64,000 nucleotides of DNA, from assembly GCA_020852355.1 (NCBI GenBank), contig JADZBA010000319.1:10513-74512 (forward strand), written 5' to 3'. The position numbers and the translations under genes are program-made. Numbering within the stretch: the stretch's first letter is position 1; the number at the start of each line of letters is the position of its first letter. This DNA is from Alphaproteobacteria bacterium (GTDB taxonomy: Bacteria; Pseudomonadota; Alphaproteobacteria; ATCC43930; Allostellaceae). Under the pieces are notes generated by a model. The model made no database searches. It was not told the DNA's origin and saw nothing but the letters and a program-made list of their open reading frames with translations. Below, piece after piece: positions 27,255-35,259 of this stretch.

Positions 27255-27779
27255 TCACCCCAGATGCCGGTCCCGCTGCTCGAACAGCTTCTGGTCCGCG
27301 AACCCTGCGGTCTCCGGCTTCCCGCGCCCCAGCATCACCTGGAGATAGCACGGCTCTTCGGTGTCGTTGACATAGCCGTGGATCACCCCCGCCGGGCAGC
27401 AGATCATCTCCCACGGCTCCAGCACCTTCGAAACGCGCCGCCCGCTCTCGTCTTCCACGAAGGCCGTCAGCCGGCCCTGGAGCACGAAGAACACCTCCTC
27501 CACCTCGTGCGTGTGGGGCGCGTTTCCCTGGCCCGGCGGCACCAGCATGATCGACAGCGTGAACGCCCCGGCCGGAATGGCGCTCGCATCGCCATGCTTG
27601 CCCGAAGCCCCCGCGCCGATGAAGCGGTGCTGCGCCCGGCGATTGCCCTCGATGCTGGCATCGGCGAAGGCGTTCCAGTCGGGCACCTTGTCTTGGAAGC
27701 GCCCGACATAGCGCGCCATGATCTCTTCCAGCGAAACGCCTTCAAGCTCGGCGGGGCGGGCGTGGCGGGCGGTGTTCAT
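27255..27779 (-). CDS. Cupin-domain protein
   Basis: 174 aa. Cupin metal motifs GQGNAPHTHEVEEVFFVLQG and PAGVIHGYVN. Confidence 0.75.
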   Translation of the reverse strand: MNTARHARPAELEGVSLEEIMARYVGRFQDKVPDWNAFADASIEGNRRAQHRFIGAGASGKHGDASAIPAGAFTLSIMLVPPGQGNAPHTHEVEEVFFVLQGRLTAFVEDESGRRVSKVLEPWEMICCPAGVIHGYVNDTEEPCYLQVMLGRGKPETAGFADQKLFEQRDRHLG

Positions 27780-27791
27780 GTCTCTCTCCGG

Positions 27792-29012
27792 TCAGGCGAC
27801 GGCGCGGGAATCGTGGAAACTGTCGATCAGGCAGGCGCGGCGGATGAAGGCGTCGTGCCGCTCGGGATCGGCGCCGGTCGCGCGGATATCGTCCAGCTTG
27901 CGCTTGCGCTCGGCGGGGTCGGTCTCGCCCAGCGTCTGCTTGTTCTGGATCGACTGCGCCTGGACATAGTTGAGCTGCGCCACCCGCATCTGCCGCGTAT
28001 ACTGGTCCAGCAGCGCCTCATGCGCCGCGCCCCTGGCGATCGCCTCCAGCCGTTCGGCCAGGTTCATCGCGTCGTGGATGCCGCCATTCATGCCCATCCC
28101 GCCGACCGGATTGTTCACATGCGCGGCGTCGCCGGCCAGCAGCACGCGGCCTTTGTTGAACGTCGCCGCGACCCGCTGGTGCACCTTGTAGAGCGCCACC
28201 GTCGCGATCCGGTAGGGCCCGGGCTTCGGACAGAAGAGTTGCAGCCGCTGCTCGATCTGCTCCGGCGACAGCAGATATTCGTCGGTCTGCTCGGGCAGCG
28301 TCGGGCTCACCGCGCGCCACATGCCCTCGCCGTCCGGCCCGCGTGCCTTGAACAGGTTCAGCCACTGGTCCGGATCGGCGAAATAATTGCGATTGCTCAA
28401 TTCGCTGCGCAGCGACTGGAAGTCGAAGATCGTGTCGATCTTCAGGAACCGCTCCGGCCAGGTGAAGCCGTCGAACGCGATGTCCGCAAGGCGCCGTATC
28501 GTGCTGCGCCCGCCGTCGCAGCCGACCAGGAAATCCGCCGCGATCGTCTCGCGTTCGCCGTTCGGCAGCTCCACTTCGGCGCGCACCTTGTCCGCATCCT
28601 GCGTCAGCCCGACGACACGGGTGCTCATGCGCAGCTCGGCGTCCGCGTCGTCCGACAGCAGCTTCACCACGGTCTGCGCGATCTTGTACTGCTCCCATTG
28701 CAGCACATAGGCGTGGCGCGGCGGCGTCTTCATCGCGCGGATGTCGAAGCGCGCGATCAATTCGCCCGACGGCCGGTCGAGATAGTTGAAGACCGGCGAG
28801 ACCAGCCCCTGCTCCAGCCCGAATTCCAGCAGGCCCAGCTCCTCCAGCATCGCGACGGTCGGCGGATGGCACGATGCGGCGCGGCACTCGATCTCGGGCT
28901 GCTCCAGCGCCTCGACCACGATCACCTTCAGCCCGCGCCGCCGCAGCGCCAGCGCCATCACCGCCCCCACCGGCCCCGCGCCGACGACGATGACGGTTGT
29001 CGAAAGGGTCAT
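27792..29012 (-). CDS. FAD-dependent aromatic-ring monooxygenase (group A flavoprotein hydroxylase)
   Basis: 406 aa. GxGxxG motif VIVVGAGPVGAVMALAL, DG motif LVGCDGGRSTIR, and GD motif LAGDAAHVNNPVGGMGMNGGIHDAMNL. Confidence 0.88.
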   Translation of the reverse strand: MTLSTTVIVVGAGPVGAVMALALRRRGLKVIVVEALEQPEIECRAASCHPPTVAMLEELGLLEFGLEQGLVSPVFNYLDRPSGELIARFDIRAMKTPPRHAYVLQWEQYKIAQTVVKLLSDDADAELRMSTRVVGLTQDADKVRAEVELPNGERETIAADFLVGCDGGRSTIRRLADIAFDGFTWPERFLKIDTIFDFQSLRSELSNRNYFADPDQWLNLFKARGPDGEGMWRAVSPTLPEQTDEYLLSPEQIEQRLQLFCPKPGPYRIATVALYKVHQRVAATFNKGRVLLAGDAAHVNNPVGGMGMNGGIHDAMNLAERLEAIARGAAHEALLDQYTRQMRVAQLNYVQAQSIQNKQTLGETDPAERKRKLDDIRATGADPERHDAFIRRACLIDSFHDSRAVA

Positions 29013-29108
29013 GCGTAGGCCTTTGCGTTGAACTTGACACTGTCATCCTCCGACGGCCCGCCGGGCCGATCGGGGAATCCACGCCTGAGCGCAGCCAGCC
29101 GCTCACCA

Positions 29109-29190
29109 CGGTAAGTCTTCTGAGTTCCAAAATTCGTTGCCATGGTGAGGTGCACGGCGGCGAACGCCGCCGGGCCTCGAACCACGCACA
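29109..29190. repeat. REP/RIME-like element, family 1, half copy
   Basis: GGTAAGTCTTCTGAGTTCCAAAATTCGTTGCCATGGTGAGGTGC...GCCTCGAACCACGCACA aligns with the left half of the element at 10862-10945. Confidence 0.65.
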
Positions 29191-29205
29191 TCGCTTCCAC
29201 CGCGC

Positions 29206-29997
29206 TCACAGCAGATCCAGCACGGGAATGCCCTGGCCCAGCCGCGCGCATTGCAGCAGGCTGTAGGCGGTCAGCAGCGATGTCTTCGGATTGGCCGGCG
29301 CCGCATGGGCGAAGGTCTCGTAGCGCATGCGGCCGAACGCCCCCGCCGCCTCGATCACCCCCAGCGGATCGCTCACCTTGCGCGACGACACCAGCACGGC
29401 GCGCGTGTCGTCGAGCCCCAGCGCGCAGAGGCCCACCGCCACCGCGACATTGGCGTTCTTCGGAAACCGCGCCGCCGCCTCGCGCGCCGTGCCGTCGAAC
29501 AGAACCTGTTCCTCGGCCGGGTTGTCGTAGTCGATCAGGCCTTCCGCCGGCGTGCCGCGCCAGGCGTGCGGCGGCTTGATCGAGGTGTAGCTGGCCGACG
29601 CAAGCCCGCCGAGCCGCGCCGCCAGCAAGCCGTCGAGCCCGCCGACCGCGCCGGGCGCCAGCAGCAGCCGCCCGCCGCCTTGCGCCGCTGCGCTGAGCTC
29701 CGCTGCGACCCTGGGGTCCGACAGGGCGCCGATCGACGTCACCACCAGGTCCAGCCCCGCCCGCAGGACCGCCGCGCCGTGCTCGCGCACCGCCGCATGC
29801 CCCGCGCATTCCAGCACCGTCCTGATGCCGTTGCCGCACAGCGCATCGGCGCTATGAACGGCGGCGAACCGCTCCGCATTCCGGCCTTCGCGCACCAGCA
29901 CCGCCTTCAGCGCGCCGGTCTCGCCCAGATGCGTCAGGACCCGGCCGATTTCGGTGCCGATGGCGCCATAGCCGATCAGGCCGAACGGGGCCGGCAT
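29206..29997 (-). CDS. Aspartate dehydrogenase-like (NadX/DUF108 family) NAD(P)-dependent dehydrogenase, paralogue 2
   Basis: 263 aa from MPAPFGLIGYGAIGTEIG. Its C-terminal half is like that of the 11488-12309 protein (FPKNANVAVAVGLCALGLDDTRAVLVS...). The upstream extension to 30108 in the ORF track is rejected. Confidence 0.75.
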   Translation of the reverse strand: MPAPFGLIGYGAIGTEIGRVLTHLGETGALKAVLVREGRNAERFAAVHSADALCGNGIRTVLECAGHAAVREHGAAVLRAGLDLVVTSIGALSDPRVAAELSAAAQGGGRLLLAPGAVGGLDGLLAARLGGLASASYTSIKPPHAWRGTPAEGLIDYDNPAEEQVLFDGTAREAAARFPKNANVAVAVGLCALGLDDTRAVLVSSRKVSDPLGVIEAAGAFGRMRYETFAHAAPANPKTSLLTAYSLLQCARLGQGIPVLDLL

Positions 29998-30016
29998 GGT
30001 CGTCACGCCTGGTTCT

Positions 30017-30031
30017 TGTATGCAGAATACA
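30017..30031. promoter_or_regulatory. Regulon operator, site I: TGTATGCAGAATACA, with an extra half-site TGCATAC at 30039-30045
   Basis: Matches the palindrome at 10 of 14 positions. It lies in the divergent region between the aspartate-dehydrogenase-like gene (start 29997) and the TauD-family gene (start 30114). Confidence 0.5.
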
Positions 30032-30113
30032 TTGTCCTTGCATACAACCGCGCGCCTATGGGAAAAGCAAGCCGCCGGATGACGGCGATCGAGCCGAGAG
30101 AGCCCCACCTCGC

Positions 30114-30920
30114 ATGACCTATCAGACGATCGAAGCGCAGCGTCTCACGCCCACCCTCGGCGCCATCATCCGCGGCATCGACCTGACGAAGACGCTCTCC
30201 AATGCACAGGTCGAGGATCTCCACGCCGCCATCGCCGACCACCAGGTCATCTTCTTCCGCGACCAGAGACTGGACCCCGATTCGCTGCGCCGCCTCGGCC
30301 GCCATTTCGGCGAGCTACAGGCCCATGCATTGAAGGGCATGGAGGGCTATCCCGAGGTCCGCCGCCTGCATGCCGACGCCAGCTCCAAGCATGTCTCGGG
30401 CGAGGAATGGCACACCGACATGTCGTGCATTCCGGTGCCCCCGATGGGCTCCATCCTCTATATGCACACGCTGCCGCCGCTCGGCGGCGACACCGTCTTC
30501 GCCAGCATGTACAGCGCCTACGACACGCTGTCGGAGCACATGAAGAAATATCTCGAAGGCCTCACCGCCACGCATGACGGCAAGCTCGCCTTCGGCCGCT
30601 TCGATCCCACCGGCAACTACCCCGTCTCGACCCATCCGGTCATCCGCACCCATCCGGTGACGAAGAAGAAGGTGCTCTTCGTCAATCGCGGCTTCACCTC
30701 GCACATCAACGACGTGCCCAAGGACGAATCCGACGCGATCCTCGCCTATCTCTTCAAGCACTGCGAGAACGCCTATTTCCAGGTGCGCTTCTGCTGGGAA
30801 CAGCATTCGGTCGCCTTCTGGGACAATCGCTGCACCCAGCATCTCGCCATCTGGGACTATTTCCCGAACGTGCGTTCAGGCTACCGCGTGCAGATCGAAG
30901 GCACCGCCGAAGCCGCCTGA
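30114..30920 (+). CDS. TauD/TfdA-family Fe(II)/2-oxoglutarate-dependent dioxygenase
   Basis: 268 aa. HxD motif WHTDMS and distal His region STHPVIRTHP. The C-terminal WDNRCTQH is typical of TauD-like enzymes. Confidence 0.85.
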   Translation: MTYQTIEAQRLTPTLGAIIRGIDLTKTLSNAQVEDLHAAIADHQVIFFRDQRLDPDSLRRLGRHFGELQAHALKGMEGYPEVRRLHADASSKHVSGEEWHTDMSCIPVPPMGSILYMHTLPPLGGDTVFASMYSAYDTLSEHMKKYLEGLTATHDGKLAFGRFDPTGNYPVSTHPVIRTHPVTKKKVLFVNRGFTSHINDVPKDESDAILAYLFKHCENAYFQVRFCWEQHSVAFWDNRCTQHLAIWDYFPNVRSGYRVQIEGTAEAA

Positions 30921-31035
30921 GGCGTCGCCGGGCCGTTCTTGACAAACCGCAGGGAAAACGGGGACGGCTCCCGCTGAAGCCGCCGCGGCGCCGGGCTGCG
31001 CGGGACTGCCGAGGGCGCGGGGAAGGAAAACTACG

Positions 31036-32019
31036 GTGCTGGGCCGGATACTGCGCGCGCTCGATCCCTATGTCCTGATGATGTTCGGAACGGTGGCCCT
31101 CGCCGCCGTTCTGCCCGCGCAGGGCGTCGGCGCGACCATCGCCGGCACGGCGGCCGACATCGGCATCGTCTTCCTCTTTTTCCTCTACGGCACGCGCATT
31201 TCGCCCGCCGCGGCGTGGGAAGGCATGCGCCACTGGCGGCTTCAGCTCGCGGTGCTGCTCAGCACCTTCGTCCTCATCCCGCTGCTCGGCCTCGGCGTCT
31301 CCGCCGGCCTCTCCGGCATTCTCCCGGCGCCGCTGCTCGCCGGCGTGCTCTTCCTCTCCGCTTTGCCCTCGACGGTGCAGTCCTCGATCGCGCTCGTCTC
31401 CATCGCCCGCGGCAATGTGCCCGCCGCGCTCTGCGCCGCCTCCGCCTCGAACATCCTCGGCATCTTCCTGACGCCCGTGCTGGCGGGATGGCTGCTCCAC
31501 ATGGACGGCGCCGGCCCCTCGCTGAAGGTCTTCCGCGACATCGTCCTGCTGCTGCTCGTGCCCTTCCTCGTGGGCCAGGTGCTGCGGCCGTGGATCTCCG
31601 CCTGGGTCACCCGCAACAAGGGCATCCTCGGCCTTGCCGACCGCGGCTCGATCCTGCTCATCATCTATGTCGCCTTCTCGCGCGGCATGGCCGACGGCAT
31701 CTGGAGCCGGGTCAGCGTGCCGGAGCTCGCCATCCTCGTCGCCGTCCTCGCGCTGCTGCTCGCCGTCATCCTCGCGCTCACCGCATTCGGCGCGCGCCGG
31801 CTCGTCGGGCTCGACACGGCGGACGAGATCGTCGTGCAGTTCTGCGGCGCGACGAAATCCCTCGCCAGCGGGCTCCCGATGGCCGGCGTCATGTTCGCCG
31901 GGCCGCAGGTCGGGCTCATCGTCCTGCCGGTCATGCTCTACCACCAGCTCCAGCTCGTCGCCTGCACCGTGCTGGCGCGGCGCTATGCGGCCCGGGCAGG
32001 GCAGGGCGCTTCACCCTAG
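31036..32019 (+). CDS. Bile acid:sodium symporter (BASS/SBF, YfeH-like) family transporter
   Basis: 327 aa, GTG start preceded by GGAAGGA. Polytopic, with family-like segments (FLFFLYGTRISP, LPSTVQSSIALVSIARGNVPAAL). Confidence 0.75.
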   Translation: MLGRILRALDPYVLMMFGTVALAAVLPAQGVGATIAGTAADIGIVFLFFLYGTRISPAAAWEGMRHWRLQLAVLLSTFVLIPLLGLGVSAGLSGILPAPLLAGVLFLSALPSTVQSSIALVSIARGNVPAALCAASASNILGIFLTPVLAGWLLHMDGAGPSLKVFRDIVLLLLVPFLVGQVLRPWISAWVTRNKGILGLADRGSILLIIYVAFSRGMADGIWSRVSVPELAILVAVLALLLAVILALTAFGARRLVGLDTADEIVVQFCGATKSLASGLPMAGVMFAGPQVGLIVLPVMLYHQLQLVACTVLARRYAARAGQGASP

Positions 32020-32079
32020 CGTCATCCGTGGACACGCCCGCCGGGTCGGTGCTTGATGCGCGCCGAACCGGAGGACTCC

Positions 32080-32784
32080 ATGATCAGGCTTCACGGCGGG
32101 CCGACGCCCAATGCCCGCAAGATCGCGATCGCCCTGATCGAGATGGACCTCCCGTGGGAACTCGTCGACGTCGACATCCTCGCCGGCGACCAGCTCACGC
32201 CGGAGTTCCTCGCGCTGAATCCCAACAACAGGACGCCGGTGATCGAGGATCTCGACGGCCCGCACGGCCGGCGCTTCGTGCTCTGGGAAACCGGCGCTAT
32301 CCTGCTTTACCTCGCCGAGAAGACCGGCCGCTTCCTCCCGGCCGATCCCGAGGCGCGCGCCATCTGCTGGCAGTGGCTGATGTTTCAGGTCTCCGGCGTC
32401 GGCCCGATGTTCGGCCAGTTCGCCCATTTCGCCTTCTACGCCAAGGACAAGCACCCCTATTCGATCGACCGGTACACCCGCGAGACGCAGCGCTTGATGC
32501 GCGTGCTCGATGGCCAGCTTGCAAAGACCGAATGGGTCGCCGGCGGCGACTACACCATCGCCGACATGGCGATGATTCCCTATCTCGCCGGCTCGCTTAA
32601 GGGCCAGCCGGGCCGCTATCCGCATATGGAGCGCTGGTCGGCGGCAATGTTCGCGCGGCCCGCCGTCGCCGCCGGCATGAAGGTCGGCACGGCGCGGGCG
32701 GAGACCATCGAAGGCGGCCTCAAGGGCTTCTCGGACGAGCACCGCTCGATCCTCTGGGGCGACCGCCAGCACGCCGCCCGCTAG
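32080..32784 (+). CDS. Glutathione S-transferase (YfcG/Nu-like)
   Basis: 234 aa from MIRLHGGPTPNARKIAIAL, with GGAGGA upstream. Motifs LNPNNRTPVIED and WETGAILLYLAEK. Confidence 0.8.
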   Translation: MIRLHGGPTPNARKIAIALIEMDLPWELVDVDILAGDQLTPEFLALNPNNRTPVIEDLDGPHGRRFVLWETGAILLYLAEKTGRFLPADPEARAICWQWLMFQVSGVGPMFGQFAHFAFYAKDKHPYSIDRYTRETQRLMRVLDGQLAKTEWVAGGDYTIADMAMIPYLAGSLKGQPGRYPHMERWSAAMFARPAVAAGMKVGTARAETIEGGLKGFSDEHRSILWGDRQHAAR

Positions 32785-32842
32785 GCCCATCGGCCCCGCG
32801 CAAGACATCAGACATTCACGCCACAGAGGACCACGCGCAGGC

Positions 32843-33616
32843 ATGGGAGATTTGTTCAGTCTGAAGGATCGCGTCGCGATCGTCACCGGATCGACGCGCG
32901 GCATCGGCTACGCCACCGCGCGCCTCATGGGCCGGGCCGGCGCCAGGATCGTCATCAGCTCGCGCAAGCCTGCGGCCTGCGACGAGGTCGCCGCGCGGCT
33001 CGCCGGCGAGGGCATCGAGACCGCCGCCATTCCCTGCCATGTCGGCAACGACGCCGATCTCCGCGCCCTCGTCGAGAAGACCATGGAGCGCTTCGGCCGC
33101 ATCGACACCGTCGTCGCCAACGCCGCCGTCAATCCGGTCTTCGCGCTGCTGCACGAATTCACCGAGGACACCTGGGACAAGATCTTCGACGTCGACCTGA
33201 AGAGCGCCTGGCGGCTTGCGCGCTACGCCCTGCCGCACATCGCCGCGCACGGCGAAGGCGGCTCGATGACGCTGCTCTCCTCGACCGCCAGCGTCCTCGC
33301 CGCGCCGCGCTCGGGCGCCTACGCCGTCGCCAAGGCCGGCATCAACCACCTCGCCTTGCAGCTCGCGTCGGAGTGGGGCAAGGCCGGCATCCGCATCAAT
33401 GCGGTGGCGCCGGGCGTCACGCGCACCGACATGATCCGCGCCGGCCTCGCCGACGAGGCCGCCATGCAGGCCGCGGTCGCTCGCATCCCGCTCGACCGCA
33501 TCGCCGAGCCGGAAGACATCGGCGCCGTCATCCTCTTCCTCGCCACCAGGGCCGGCCGCCACCTCACGGGCCAGACCATCGTCGTCGACGGCGGCGCGAC
33601 CCTCGTCGGCGGCTGA
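32843..33616 (+). CDS. Short-chain dehydrogenase/reductase (SDR)
   Basis: 257 aa. TGSTRGIG cofactor motif, NAAV, and YAVAKAG (YxxxK). Confidence 0.88.
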   Translation: MGDLFSLKDRVAIVTGSTRGIGYATARLMGRAGARIVISSRKPAACDEVAARLAGEGIETAAIPCHVGNDADLRALVEKTMERFGRIDTVVANAAVNPVFALLHEFTEDTWDKIFDVDLKSAWRLARYALPHIAAHGEGGSMTLLSSTASVLAAPRSGAYAVAKAGINHLALQLASEWGKAGIRINAVAPGVTRTDMIRAGLADEAAMQAAVARIPLDRIAEPEDIGAVILFLATRAGRHLTGQTIVVDGGATLVGG

Positions 33617-33630
33617 CCCAGGAGAACGCC

Positions 33631-34500
33631 ATGAAGCATTTCGATGTCCTCGCCGAGGGCCTGCAATTCCCGGAAGGCCCGATCGCCTGCGCCGACGGAT
33701 CCGTCCTCCTCGTCGAGATCGCGCGCGGCACGCTGACGCGCGTCTGGAACGGCAGGACCGAGATCGTCTGCACCCTCGGCGGCGGCCCCAACGGCGCCGC
33801 CTTCGGCCCCGACGGCCATGTCTACATCACCAACACTGGCGGCGGCGGCATGGCGAATCCGGAAGCCGCCCATCTCCAGGCCGGCATCGACCGCGTCGAT
33901 CTCGCGACCGGCAGGTCCGAACGGCTGATCGACGCGGTCGGCGGCCATCCGCTCTCCGCCCCGAACGATCTCGTCTTCGATCGCACCGGCGGCTTCTGGT
34001 TCACCGATTTCGGCCACGAGACCGGCCGCATCCGCCACCGCAGCGGCATCTACTACGTCACCGCCGGCGGCCAGGCGTCTGAGGTGTCGTTCGGCGGCAC
34101 CGGCTATAACGGCATCGGCCTCTCGCCGGACGAGACGACCGTCTACGCCGCCGAAACCTTCACCGGCCGCCTCATCGCCTTCGACCTCGAAGCGCCCGGC
34201 AAGGTAGTCAAGGGCGGCCGCGGCGGACGCCTCGTCGGCACGGCGCCCAATCGCGCCTTTCTCGACAGCCTCGCGGTCCAGGCCAACGGCGATGTCTGCG
34301 TCGCCTCGATCCGCGACGGCATCACCATCGTCGCGCCCGACGGCGGCATCCGCCGGGAAGCCGTGCCCGACAGGCTCACCACCAATATCTGCTTCGGCGG
34401 CAGCGACCTGCGCGACGCCTTTATCACGCTCTCGCAAACCGGCCGCCTCATCCGCATGCGCTGGGACGCGCCCGGCCTCCGCCTGAACTACGCCCGCTGA
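33631..34500 (+). CDS. SMP-30/gluconolactonase/LRE-like beta-propeller hydrolase
   Basis: 289 aa from MKHFDVLAEGLQFPEGPIACADGSVLLVE. Repeated propeller-blade motifs (PNGAAFGPDG, PNDLVFD, NGIGLSPDE). Confidence 0.8.
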   Translation: MKHFDVLAEGLQFPEGPIACADGSVLLVEIARGTLTRVWNGRTEIVCTLGGGPNGAAFGPDGHVYITNTGGGGMANPEAAHLQAGIDRVDLATGRSERLIDAVGGHPLSAPNDLVFDRTGGFWFTDFGHETGRIRHRSGIYYVTAGGQASEVSFGGTGYNGIGLSPDETTVYAAETFTGRLIAFDLEAPGKVVKGGRGGRLVGTAPNRAFLDSLAVQANGDVCVASIRDGITIVAPDGGIRREAVPDRLTTNICFGGSDLRDAFITLSQTGRLIRMRWDAPGLRLNYAR

Positions 34501-34507
34501 GGTGCAC

Positions 34508-35167
34508 TCAGGGGCGCCCGGCCGGGGCGGCGATCAGGGCGGCGGCGGTGATCAGGATGTCGTCCAGCGTCGCGTCCGCCCGCCACGTCGCGTGGGCCCG
34601 CGTCGGGTCGGCGATCATGTTTTCGCGCAAGGCCAGCAGCCCGCCGAGATAGGTGCCCAGGAACACGAAGCGGCGATTTTGTTCCGCCGTCGAAAGCCCC
34701 GCCATGAACCCCCGCAGCAGCCGCAGGCAGCGCTGATAGCCGGAATTCCAGCGCCCGCCCAGCGTGCGGTCGATGAAGCCTTCGTCGCTCAGCGACACCT
34801 GCATCAGGAACCGGTTGAACGTGTTCTCCGTCGCCTCCTCGGCATATTCGACCGACGGGCGCACCATGGCCTCGATCACCTCCAGCACGCTCCGCGGCCC
34901 GTCGCCAAGCTCCATGCGCTCCAGATAGGTCCGGCGCCGCGCCTCGATCTCCTGTGCGCCCTCGATCAGGATTTCGGCGATCAGGTTCTCCTTGGTCCCG
35001 AAATAATAGCCGACGACACCCATGTTCCGCTGGCCGGCGGCGAGCGCGATCTCGCGCACCGTGACATTGCGCAGGCCGCGCTCGGCGAACAGGCCGCGCG
35101 CGATGCGCATGACCTTCGCTCTCAGATCGGTGGCTTCGAGCGCCCCGGCGCTCGGCTTGACTCCCAT
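34508..35167 (-). CDS. TetR/AcrR-family transcriptional regulator
   Basis: 219 aa. N-terminal HTH region IARGLFAERGLRNVTVREIALAAGQRNMGVVGYYFGTKENL. Confidence 0.85.
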   Translation of the reverse strand: MGVKPSAGALEATDLRAKVMRIARGLFAERGLRNVTVREIALAAGQRNMGVVGYYFGTKENLIAEILIEGAQEIEARRRTYLERMELGDGPRSVLEVIEAMVRPSVEYAEEATENTFNRFLMQVSLSDEGFIDRTLGGRWNSGYQRCLRLLRGFMAGLSTAEQNRRFVFLGTYLGGLLALRENMIADPTRAHATWRADATLDDILITAAALIAAPAGRP

Positions 35168-35184
35168 CGGCGGGCGACCTTTAA

Positions 35185-35200
35185 TAATTCACGTGAATTA
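35185..35200. promoter_or_regulatory. Perfect 16-bp palindrome TAATTCACGTGAATTA; likely operator of the adjacent TetR
   Basis: Lies in the 92-bp divergent region between the TetR gene (start 35167) and the OYE-FAD reductase gene (start 35260). Confidence 0.55.
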
Positions 35201-35259
35201 ATTCAGAAACCCGCGCCTCGGGCAAGGCGGGTTCGGGAACATCGCCACCGGGAGGCCGC

